DNA of 64,000 nucleotides from Bradyrhizobium sp. (GTDB lineage Bacteria; Pseudomonadota; Alphaproteobacteria; Rhizobiales; Xanthobacteraceae): NCBI RefSeq assembly GCF_022844465.1, contig NZ_JALHLP010000012.1, positions 12,694 to 76,693 of the forward strand, read 5' to 3'. Shown piece by piece: positions 52,701 to 60,004 of this stretch (position 1 is its first letter; each line of letters starts with the position of its first letter). The notes under the pieces were generated by a model. It saw only the letters and a program-made list of their open reading frames with translations, ran no database searches and was not told where the DNA came from. The position numbers and the translations under genes were made by a program.

Positions 52701-52857
52701 GCAGCGCATCGCGGTGCCGATGATCGGCGGGATGGTCTCCTCGACACTGCTCACGCTGATCGTGATCCCGGCGATCTTCGCACTGGTCAAAGGCTACCGA
52801 TTGCGGCCAGCGGAACGATGCGCGGTGGAGCAAATATCTTCAATCCAGTCAACGTGA
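49699..52857 (+). CDS. cusA: CusA/SilA family heavy-metal RND efflux transporter
   Basis: LPLDAIPDLSDTQVIV, PQVIEDQVTYPL, GPDATGVGWVYQY, EFMPNLNEG..LYMP, PSEMFET, WTMPIKARIDMLSTG, RVRPKMMT; Met motifs of Cu(I)/Ag(I) RNDs. Confidence 0.93.
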   Translation: MIARLIGWSARNLLLVLFGAGFAAAAGIYALVHLPLDAIPDLSDTQVIVYTEYPGQAPQVIEDQVTYPLTTAMLTVPKSKVVRGFSFFGVSFVYVIFEDGTDIYWARSRVLEFLNGVTSRLPAGVTPTIGPDATGVGWVYQYAVVSKELNLADTRAIQDWNLKFALAKAEGVAEIASVGGFVRQYNVILDPQRMRDLGITTQKLRDAIRASNADVGGRTVELSEFEYVIRGKGYLRSINDLGDVVLKANNGTPVLVRDVARVELGPDERRGITELNGEGEVASGIVLQRFGVNALDVIENVRKRFREIASSLPKSVEIVPVYDRSNLIYAAIDALKRTLFEESVVVALVCIVFLLHVRSALVAILMLPVGILMAFGAMKLLGLGSNIMSLGGIAIAIGAMVDAAIVMIENAHKHLERAEPGKSRVTVLIDAASEVGPALFFSLLIITVSFMPIFTLESQEGRLFSPLAFTKTFAMAAAALLSVTLVPALMVMFVRGRIVAEHRNPINRLLIWIYRPAIKAVMRAKTLVIFLAIVVLAISVWPARQLGTEFMPNLNEGTLLYMPTTLPGISVTKAGELMQTQDRIIRSFPEVASVYGKAGRAATATDPAPSEMFETVVNLKPKEDWRPGMTLDGLIAEMDKALQFPGVSNAWTMPIKARIDMLSTGIRTPIGVKVIGTDLVEIDKLARQIERVLKTVPGTSSAYAERGIGGYYLEVTPDREALARYGIMIQDVQDVIATALGGQTVTTTVEGRQRFPVNMRYPRDLRDNPQAIADNVLVPMPAGGAVPLGEVARVAPARGPTSIRTENGQLATYIYVDIRDRDLGGYVADAQRAVQASIQFPPGYYVMWSGQYEYLERAAARLKVVIPMTLTIIFLLLYLNFRSIAETLIVMLSLPFALIGGLWLMWWLGFNLSVAVAVGFIALAGVAAETGVVMLLYLNQALASITARREREGRPLTRDDLYDAVMEGAVERVRPKMMTVVAIMAGLLPIMWSSGTGSEIMQRIAVPMIGGMVSSTLLTLIVIPAIFALVKGYRLRPAERCAVEQISSIQST

Positions 52858-52923
52858 TTTGCCCCATCCGGTCATTGCGACGGAAATAAACCTGTTCTCG
52901 CTTCCCCCAATCAGCGACACCAC

Positions 52924-52988
52924 CTGTATGCCGCTCTTGTCATCGCCCTCGATAAACCGCCGCAGCCCCTTGGGACGTTCCGAATCCT
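52924..52988 (-). pseudogene. 5' fragment of a HigB (RelE/ParE superfamily) toxin gene
   Basis: Minus strand reads RIRNV-[2 nt]-KGLRRFIEGDDKSGIQ, matching rhizobial HigB N-termini as I recall them (M-R/K-IRNVIHKGLRRFIEDDD.SG.Q). The start codon position reads ACG, inside the att core. Confidence 0.55.
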
Positions 52989-53004
52989 CGTGCTGAAGAA
53001 CTGA
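52988..53004 (+). repeat. adh 3'-end core repeat, copy 3 (attR-like)
   Basis: Exact 17-nt match to 46031-46047, including the adh stop codon. Confidence 0.85.
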
Positions 53005-53015
53005 CGCGTCGCCAT

Positions 53016-53049
53016 GGTAGCGTCCGGCCATCGAACGCCGGACGCTACC
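53016..53049. terminator. GC-rich hairpin between convergent transcription units
   Basis: Perfect 13-bp stem GGTAGCGTCCGGC/GCCGGACGCTACC with an 8-nt loop, 11 nt after repeat copy 3 and 11 nt from the TRAP SBP stop. Confidence 0.65.
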
Positions 53050-53060
53050 GGACGATCGTC

Positions 53061-54050
53061 TTACTTCTTGTAGGCGGCGATCACGGCTTCACCCTCGGGA
53101 CCGGCCTTTTTCGACCAATCGGCGGTCAACTGCTCGCCGATCTTCTCCAGGCCGGCCTTCAGCGCCGGGGGCGGCGGAAGCACCTTCATCTTGTTGGCCG
53201 CAAGCTGTTCGACATACCACTTCGCCTTTTCCTCCGCGAGCTTCCAGCCGCGTTCCTCGGCGACCGCCGCCGCCTTGAGGATGGCGTCCTGGGTGGGCTT
53301 GTCGAGCGCATCGAAAGCCGCCTTGTTAACGAAGGTCACGTTCTTCGGAATCCAGGCCTGCGTATCATAGAAATGCGTCATGGTTTCCCAGGCCTTGCTG
53401 TCGTAGCCGGTCGAGCCCGAGGTCACGAATGCGTTGACGACGCCGGTCGCCAGCGCCTGCGGCAGTTCCGCCGCCTGGATGGTGATGGGCTGCGCGCCGA
53501 CCAGTTCGGCGATGCGCGAGGTGCCGACGTTATAGGCGCGCCACTTCAGGCCCTTCATGTCCTCCAGGGAGTTGAGGTCCTTCTTGGCGTAAATGCCCTG
53601 CGGCCCCCACGGCACCGCGAACAGCAGCATCAGGCCCTGCGATGCGAGCTTCTTTTCGACCGCGGGCTTTGACGCCAGCCACAGCTTCCTGGCGGTCGGG
53701 TAGCTCGTCGCCAGGAACGGAATGACGTCGATGCCGAACATCGGATCCTCGTTCTCATGCAGCGAGATCAGGACTTCGCCCGCCTGCGCCTGCCCGGTTG
53801 TGACCGCGCGCTTGATTTCCGGCGCCTTGAACAGGGATGCCGCCGGATGCACGGCAATCTGCAGCTTGCCGCCGGTGGCGTCGCCGACGTCCTTGGCGAA
53901 CGCGATCAGGTTCACCGAATGCGGGTTGTCCGCCGGATAGGCCGCCGGAAGATTCCACTTGGTCTGCGCCATCGCAGGAATGACGAGCGCGGGAACCGCA
54001 ACCACCGCGACGCAGGCGGCCATTGCGGAGGTTTTCAAGAAACTGAACAT
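53061..54050 (-). CDS. TRAP transporter substrate-binding protein (DctP family)
   Basis: Signal peptide, WNLPAAYP, SLFKAPEI, KGLKWRAYN, ELPQALATGVV. Confidence 0.92.
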   Translation of the reverse strand: MFSFLKTSAMAACVAVVAVPALVIPAMAQTKWNLPAAYPADNPHSVNLIAFAKDVGDATGGKLQIAVHPAASLFKAPEIKRAVTTGQAQAGEVLISLHENEDPMFGIDVIPFLATSYPTARKLWLASKPAVEKKLASQGLMLLFAVPWGPQGIYAKKDLNSLEDMKGLKWRAYNVGTSRIAELVGAQPITIQAAELPQALATGVVNAFVTSGSTGYDSKAWETMTHFYDTQAWIPKNVTFVNKAAFDALDKPTQDAILKAAAVAEERGWKLAEEKAKWYVEQLAANKMKVLPPPPALKAGLEKIGEQLTADWSKKAGPEGEAVIAAYKK

Positions 54051-54064
54051 GACAATACCTTTCT

Positions 54065-55372
54065 CTAGCCAGGGAACGCTATCCGCGGCAGCAGCATCAC
54101 GATATCAGGAAAAACCGTGATGATGGCAACCGCCAGAACGAGCAAAAAGAAGAACGGCAGGGCCGCCTTGGCGACCGTGTTGGAATCCTTGCCGCTCATG
54201 GTCTGCAGGACGAACAGGTTGAATCCGACCGGGGGCGAGACTTCCGCCATTTCCACCACCAGCACCAGGAAAATACCGAACCAGACGAGATCGAAGCCGG
54301 CCTGCTTCACCATCGGGATGACGATGGCGGTGGTCAGCACGATCATCGAGATGCCGTCGAGCGCCGTGCCGAGCACGATATACATAACGGTGAGCGCCGA
54401 GATCAGTGCATAGGGACTGAGCTGGAGGCCGTTCACCCAGTTCGCCAGTGCCAGCGGGATGCCGGTATAGGCCATCGACGTGCCCATATAGGAAGCGCCG
54501 GCCAGGATCAGCAGGATCATGCAGTTGACCCGGGTCGCGCCCATGACGCTCGCCCAGAACGATTGCCAGCTCAGCGCGCCTTGCCACCATGCGATCGTGA
54601 GCGACCCCAGCACGCCCCAGGCCGCGCATTCCGTCGCCGTCGCCCAGCCCATCAGCAACGACAGGAAGACGAAAACGATCAGCAGCAGGCAGGGAATGAG
54701 GTTGAGCGACTCTGAGATGCGCTTGCGAAAACTCATCGGCGGATCGGCCGGCGGCGTGCGCCCGGGATTGGCGAGCGACCAGACCGCGATGTAGCCGGAA
54801 TAAAGCGCCATCACCAGCATGCCCGGCAGAAACCCGGCGAGGAACACCTGGATGATGGAGACGTTGGCCTGCACCGCGTAGACCACCATGGTGATCGACG
54901 GCGGGATCAGAATGCCGAGCGTGCCCGCCCCGGCCAGCGAGCCGAGGCTCAGGCCTTCGTCATAGCCGCGCTTCTTCAGTTCCGGCAGCGCGATCTTGGC
55001 CACCGTGGCGCAGGTCGCGGCCGACGATCCCGACACCGAACCGAACACGCCACAGGCCAGCACGTTGACGTGCATGAGCCGGCCCGGCAGCCAGTTCAGC
55101 CACGGTGCAAACCCGCGAAACATTTCCTCCGACAGCCGGGTGCGGAACAGAATCTCGCCCATCCAGATGAACAGCGGCAAAGCCGCGAGCGACCACGACG
55201 CGCTGTTGCCCCACACCGTTGTCGCCAGCACGCTGCCCGCGGGGATCCCGCCGCCGGCGAATTGCATCCCGGCCCATCCCGTCGCCATCAGGGCGACGCC
55301 GATCCAGACCCCGCCGCCGAGCAGCAGCGCCAGAAACCCGAACAGAATGGCGGCAATCGAGAGCAGCTCCAT
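54065..55372 (-). CDS. TRAP transporter large permease (DctM family)
   Basis: LAALPLFIWMGEIL, GSVSGSS.AT, AGAGTLGILIPPS, SPPVGFNLFV. Confidence 0.92.
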   Translation of the reverse strand: MELLSIAAILFGFLALLLGGGVWIGVALMATGWAGMQFAGGGIPAGSVLATTVWGNSASWSLAALPLFIWMGEILFRTRLSEEMFRGFAPWLNWLPGRLMHVNVLACGVFGSVSGSSAATCATVAKIALPELKKRGYDEGLSLGSLAGAGTLGILIPPSITMVVYAVQANVSIIQVFLAGFLPGMLVMALYSGYIAVWSLANPGRTPPADPPMSFRKRISESLNLIPCLLLIVFVFLSLLMGWATATECAAWGVLGSLTIAWWQGALSWQSFWASVMGATRVNCMILLILAGASYMGTSMAYTGIPLALANWVNGLQLSPYALISALTVMYIVLGTALDGISMIVLTTAIVIPMVKQAGFDLVWFGIFLVLVVEMAEVSPPVGFNLFVLQTMSGKDSNTVAKAALPFFFLLVLAVAIITVFPDIVMLLPRIAFPG

Positions 55373-55373
55373 G

Positions 55374-55919
55374 TCAGACCCCACTCTGCATGGCGCGCTC
55401 GACGATCTCTTCGGCGCTCTTGGGCTTCGGCAGTTCGTAGCGGGGCGCGAAGCCGCGCAGGACATGGATCAGTTCGTCGACAAAGGCGATGAAAAGGATC
55501 ACGAGGCCGCCACTGTAGCCGAGTTGCGGAATCCACAGCGGCACCGCGATCACGCCCTGCGAAATGTCGGCAAATTTGAACGATTGCCAGGTCATGATCG
55601 CGGCGTGCCAGGCGAAAAATCCGATGAAGCCGGTGCCGACCAGGAGCGCCGCGATCTCCACATAATGGCGTGCGGTATCGCCGAGACGGTCGATCAACAG
55701 GCCGACCCGGATCATCTCGCCGTGCCTGAACGTATGCGCGAGCCCGAGGAAGGCCGTCGCCGCCATGCACCACGAGATGAAATCGTCGCCCGCCGGGATA
55801 TTGACGCCGAGCGGCCGGCCGGCCGACAGCAGCATCATCAGCACAAAAATCGCAATCAGGAAAAGTCCGGCGAGATAGCCGGACAACAGGTAGAGCCGAT
55901 CAAGAAACACCCTAATCAT
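55374..55919 (-). CDS. TRAP transporter small permease (DctQ family)
   Basis: Four TM helices, GEMIRVGLL, VPLWIPQ; order Q-M-P. Confidence 0.9.
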   Translation of the reverse strand: MIRVFLDRLYLLSGYLAGLFLIAIFVLMMLLSAGRPLGVNIPAGDDFISWCMAATAFLGLAHTFRHGEMIRVGLLIDRLGDTARHYVEIAALLVGTGFIGFFAWHAAIMTWQSFKFADISQGVIAVPLWIPQLGYSGGLVILFIAFVDELIHVLRGFAPRYELPKPKSAEEIVERAMQSGV

Positions 55920-56278
55920 CCCATGTCTTTCTCTTTGGCGCACTTTGCTCGAATGCAATAGACATACCACTTCCAGCGGCCCTGCCCTTCCGCAAGCGCC
56001 TGTGGACCCCGACCATGCCGAAAGAGGCGCGCTGAAGCCAGTCCCCTAGACGCCGTCATGGCTGGACGCGTCTACTTCTGCCTCCCGATCACGCCGCTCT
56101 CAGCCAAGCCCGGGCACCAATCGCTCCATGCGATCGCAGGTCCGGTACCGGCCGTAACAACCCGGCAACACATTTGCGGCGCAGATTCTCCGGAACCAGC
56201 ACGGAGACGCCACCGTCGCATTGCGGAGAGGCCATGTTCGTGACGGCAAATCCTGCTCCGAACTGAGGATCAGGATTC

Positions 56279-56674
56279 ATGCTTTCTCTCGCCCAACTGC
56301 TCTCGACCGATCCCGCGGCCTGGATCAGGACCAGGCTCAGGGTCGTTCATTTCTGCGGGCTGGTCCTTGGCGTTGGCGCCGCGACACTCCTGGACCTGAT
56401 CATCGCCCGGGTCGTCCTGGTGCGCGGCATCTCCCGCGAGCATGTCCACGTCATCGATTTTGCCGTGTTCTTCCGGGATAGGAAGCAAACAGGAAGCGCC
56501 GCGTGGGAAATCAAAGCGGCGTGCGCAGACGGAACGACACGCTGGGAATCGACCGCTCGTCTCGCAATTTCAGGAAACAAGCTGAAGTGGTCGGGCAAGC
56601 GCGGCTCCGAGACCTATGTCAGATGCGCAGGAGACCTCGCGGGAAATCTCGCTCGCAGCGCGCAACTACGGTGA
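56279..56674 (+). pseudogene. Probable deletion-fusion ORF (membrane-protein N-terminus + secreted-protein C-terminus)
   Basis: Residues 1-62 contain one hydrophobic segment (LRVVHFCGLVLGVGAATLLDLII). There is an abrupt switch near 56461 to a hydrophilic beta-type segment (WEIKAAC...RWESTARLAISGNKLKWSGKRGSETYVRC). Confidence 0.45.
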
Positions 56675-56950
56675 TCGAAGTCACGGCGTCAACGCACTCA
56701 ATGATGGCTTCGCGCGCTCGCGCGATGTCTCCTCATACAAGACAACAATCTCATCTTGTGCCATCATCCATTCCCTTCCTTGCTCGGTTCGGGCTCGAAG
56801 CCCGTGCAACTGTTCGGGTTGAGGAAGACACCGGATCTGTCCCTCGCTCCCCGACACGCTCTCGGCCTTTGAGCACGCACGGGATCAGATCCAGCGACGG
56901 GCGGTTGGTCAGAACCGCCCGTTCGCACATTCTGGCAGATTTTCCAGACG

Positions 56951-57146
56951 CAAGAGCGCGCCATAAGCCGTTAAAACCATTGCGCAGGGAAGGCCCGGTT
57001 TTCCGGCGCACCTGCGGTCCACGTGAGCATTTTGTGCACACGACTGCGGGTGTCGTGGGCACCCGGCCTTCCCTGCTCCCTCTTTTTTTTCACGGAGGGA
57101 CAAGCGATCCGCACACCCCGGGCGCTCCGCGCCGCGGGACGGCGAA
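56951..57146. repeat. Bradyrhizobium-type long intergenic repeat
   Basis: Perfect 12-bp inverted repeat GCAGGGAAGGCC (56984-56995)/GGCCTTCCCTGC (57065-57076), TCCCTC/GAGGGA hairpin, and lineage-typical text 'ccataagccg..aaaaccattgcgcagggaaggcc' and 'gggcgc..cgcgccgcggga'. Confidence 0.7.
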
Positions 57147-57356
57147 GCCGCGTCCGGGATCGCGATTGCCGCATCGGGCCGCGAGGCCTCCAGGCAGCAC
57201 GTTTTCCCCGCAATTCACGGCTTCCACCGACCTCGTTGCGGCGGCCGCCAAAGCCCCAATTATACCCCATCCGTTCCGGAATTGCGGCGCATTGCGACCC
57301 CACTCTCCGGCCAGGTTGGACTCAGTAAGCGTTGCGTATCAGTACCGGGAACGTAG

Positions 57357-58310
57357 ATGCCAAAGCCTTCCACGAAGTTTGCCCCAGCCCTGTTGGCCGG
57401 CATTCTCGCCGCCGCCAATCTTGCCACCGTCACGGAAGTCCGGGCGCAGGCCGCGACCGACAACTGCCTCACCAGTCCCAAGGCCGCGACGCCGGCCGGC
57501 AGCCATTGGTACTATCGCATCGATCGTGCCACCAATCGGCAATGCTGGTATCTGCGCGAGAAGGACGACAAGAACGCGCGCGCCGCGCCGCAGCCGGCTG
57601 CCGCCCCGTCCTCGACCTCATCTGCGGCGGCGCCGGATCCCGCGCCGGCAAAGCCGAGCGCGCTCACGCCAAAGGCGATCTCGGACGCGCGCGCTCAATG
57701 GATGTCGCAACGCGCCCGGCCCGAAGCCGACGTTCCCGCCATTGCCGAGCCGCGAACGGTCGGCGCCGCCTCCCCGCCAAAGGCGCGGGATGGCCTGGCT
57801 GGCGTCGGTGCAAACGCGGTCACCCCGGCGCCGGCAGCCGCGACGCGATGGCCCGATGTGCCTGGCATCGCCGCTGCGGGCAGTTCCAGCGAAACCCTCA
57901 CCGCCGCGGCCGATGCGCCCGCGGCGACGTCATGGCAATCCGGCGAGCCGCAACAGCCCTCAGCGGCTGAAGCGGCGCCCGCCGCCGACCCATGGGTGAC
58001 GAAGCCGACCGCGTCGTTACAGATGCTGCTGGCGGTGATGGCCGCGGCACTCGCGCTGGCCGGCCTCACCGTGAGCCTGATCTTCCGAATCGGCCGCGCC
58101 CGCGCCCGGGCTATCATGCGCCGTAACCGGCGTGCGATGTGGGATTCCGTACCCGCCCGGCGTTCGCCGCCAGCGTCACTTCGCTCCGAGGAGCCGCGAG
58201 CGCGGGCCCGTCGTCCCGAAGGCGCACAACACGCGCTTGCGGTCGAGCATCGCGAGCGGCAGGTAACGGCCATGCTGGCCCGGCTCGCCCGCAGCGGCGC
58301 GCGGCACTGA
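57357..58310 (+). CDS. Hypothetical membrane-anchored periplasmic protein with N-terminal Cys-pair/Trp domain
   Basis: Signal peptide, CLTSPK...HWYYRIDRATNRQCWYL, long Ala/Pro linker, TM helix, basic tail. Confidence 0.8.
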   Translation: MPKPSTKFAPALLAGILAAANLATVTEVRAQAATDNCLTSPKAATPAGSHWYYRIDRATNRQCWYLREKDDKNARAAPQPAAAPSSTSSAAAPDPAPAKPSALTPKAISDARAQWMSQRARPEADVPAIAEPRTVGAASPPKARDGLAGVGANAVTPAPAAATRWPDVPGIAAAGSSSETLTAAADAPAATSWQSGEPQQPSAAEAAPAADPWVTKPTASLQMLLAVMAAALALAGLTVSLIFRIGRARARAIMRRNRRAMWDSVPARRSPPASLRSEEPRARARRPEGAQHALAVEHRERQVTAMLARLARSGARH

Positions 58311-58328
58311 CCGGAACGGAAGCCGCAG

Positions 58329-58982
58329 TTATTTTTCCAGCTGGCGCTGCAGGTTGCGGACAAAGCCGGTCAGGCCGGTGCGGCGTTCGCGCTTGAGCCG
58401 CTCGGCCCTGAGGATCGACTGGATTTCCGCGAACGCCTGATCGACGTCTTGGTTGACGACGATGTAGTCGTACTCCGCCCAATGGCTGAGTTCATGGGAG
58501 GCGCGGCTCATGCGGCCGCGAATGACCTCGTCCGAATCCTGCGCGCGGGTGTGCAGCCGCTTCTCCAGGTCCGCCGCCGACGGCGGCAGGATGAAGACGC
58601 TGACGACGTCGGCGCGGGCCTTCTCGCGCAACTGCTGCGTCCCCTGCCAGTCGATGTCAAACAGCACGTCCTGGCCCGCCGCCAGGGCCGCCTCGACCGG
58701 CGCGCGCGGCGTGCCGTAGCGGTTGTCGAACACGGTGGCCCATTCCAGCAGGTCACCCTGCCCGGCCATCGCCTCGAACCGGGCCTTGTCGACGAAGAAG
58801 TAATCGCGTCCCTCGACCTCGCCCGGCCGCATCGGCCGCGTGGTCGCCGACACCGACATCTTCAGATCCGGCATCCGTTCGGTCAGAAGCCGCGACAGCG
58901 TGGTCTTGCCCGCGCCCGAGGGCGACGACAGCACGAACATCAGCCCACGCCGCTCGACTCCGTCGAAACCACCACCCGTCAT
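58329..58982 (-). CDS. gmk: Guanylate kinase
   Basis: SSPSGAGKTT, SATTRPMRPGEVEGRDYFF, DIDWQG, FILPPS. Confidence 0.97.
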   Translation of the reverse strand: MTGGGFDGVERRGLMFVLSSPSGAGKTTLSRLLTERMPDLKMSVSATTRPMRPGEVEGRDYFFVDKARFEAMAGQGDLLEWATVFDNRYGTPRAPVEAALAAGQDVLFDIDWQGTQQLREKARADVVSVFILPPSAADLEKRLHTRAQDSDEVIRGRMSRASHELSHWAEYDYIVVNQDVDQAFAEIQSILRAERLKRERRTGLTGFVRNLQRQLEK

Positions 58983-58985
58983 CGG

Positions 58986-59873
58986 TCACTCCAGGTTCTG
59001 GACCTGCTCGCGGAACTGCTCGACCACGTTCTTCATCTCGAGCCCGGTCTGAGTCAATTCCAGATCGTTCGACTTGGAACAGCAGGTGTTGACCTCGCGG
59101 TTGAATTCCTGGGCCAGAAAATCCAGCCGCCGCCCGACCGGTCCGCCCTTGCCGATCATTTCGCGGGCCTGCGCCACATGCGAGGCGATGCGGTCGAGCT
59201 CTTCGCGGATGTCGGCCTTGCTCGCGATCAGGATCGCCTCCTGGTTGAGCCGGTCGGCGTCGAAGCGCTCGGATGTCTGGAGCAGCGCCGCAACCTGTTC
59301 GGCCAGCCGCGCCCGGATCGCCTCCGGCTTGCGTCCGGGGGCGGCCTCGGCCTTCCGCGCCAGCCGCTCGATTTCATCCATGCGCTGCATGAGAACTTGC
59401 CCCAGCGTCACGCCTTCGCGGCGCCGCATCTCAACCAGATGGGAAAGCGCCTGGTCGAAGGCGGCCGCCGCCGCCTCTCGCGCCGCCTTGTCCTCCGCCT
59501 CGTCGCTGTCGGGTTCGACCAATTCGATGACCCCCTTGAGGCCGAGCAATCCGTCGATGCTCGGCGCCACCGCGTCGATCTTGCCGGCAAGCGTGCCCGC
59601 GACCTTCACGATCGCGGCCAGCACGTCCTCGTTGATCCGCACGGCGGCGACCGCGTTGGCGCGCTTGACGCTGAGATTGGCGTACACCGTCCCCCGCGAC
59701 AGCACCTCGCCGGCCCGTTTCTTGGCAATGGTTTCGAGTTCGTCCCAGCCCGGCGGCAAGCGCAGCCGCAGATCGAAGCCCTTGGCGTTGACCGACTTCA
59801 GTTCCCACTCGAACGCATAGGGACCGCTGGCGCCGTGACTCCGGGCAAAACCGGTCATGCTCGATAGCGCCAT
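58986..59873 (-). CDS. yicC: YicC/YloC family endoribonuclease
   Basis: MALSSMTGFAR, ELKSVN, DIREELDR, GRRLDFLAQEFNREVNT, EQFREQVQNLE. Confidence 0.93.
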   Translation of the reverse strand: MALSSMTGFARSHGASGPYAFEWELKSVNAKGFDLRLRLPPGWDELETIAKKRAGEVLSRGTVYANLSVKRANAVAAVRINEDVLAAIVKVAGTLAGKIDAVAPSIDGLLGLKGVIELVEPDSDEAEDKAAREAAAAAFDQALSHLVEMRRREGVTLGQVLMQRMDEIERLARKAEAAPGRKPEAIRARLAEQVAALLQTSERFDADRLNQEAILIASKADIREELDRIASHVAQAREMIGKGGPVGRRLDFLAQEFNREVNTCCSKSNDLELTQTGLEMKNVVEQFREQVQNLE

Positions 59874-60004
59874 CGCGTAAGGCTCTCCGAAAGGCAGGGG
59901 TATGAGACTCAACCGGGCCGGCCGAACCTTAGAACGATTTCCGACCCATTGGAATTGCGGTCCCGGCGCAGCCCGGCCGGTCCTTGCCCGACCAGCGCTT
60001 GATA

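Larger units (their letters stand above)
46048..53004. mobile_element. Integrase-free accessory island at the adh 3' end (two tandem cargo modules)
   Basis: Bounded by the exact 17-nt direct repeat TCGTGCTGAAGAACTGA (46031-46047 and 52988-53004) with an internal degenerate copy. The cargo is typical accessory genes, and the likely native terminator follows the last repeat. Confidence 0.75.

Noticed and set aside
19711-52833. Other long antisense ORFs (19711..21678, 32462..34567, 39468..40826, 40839..42311, 50845..52833)
   Set aside because: Each lies opposite a well-supported gene (ftsH, ABC-F, lptD, cusA) and has Arg/His/Gln-rich shadow composition.
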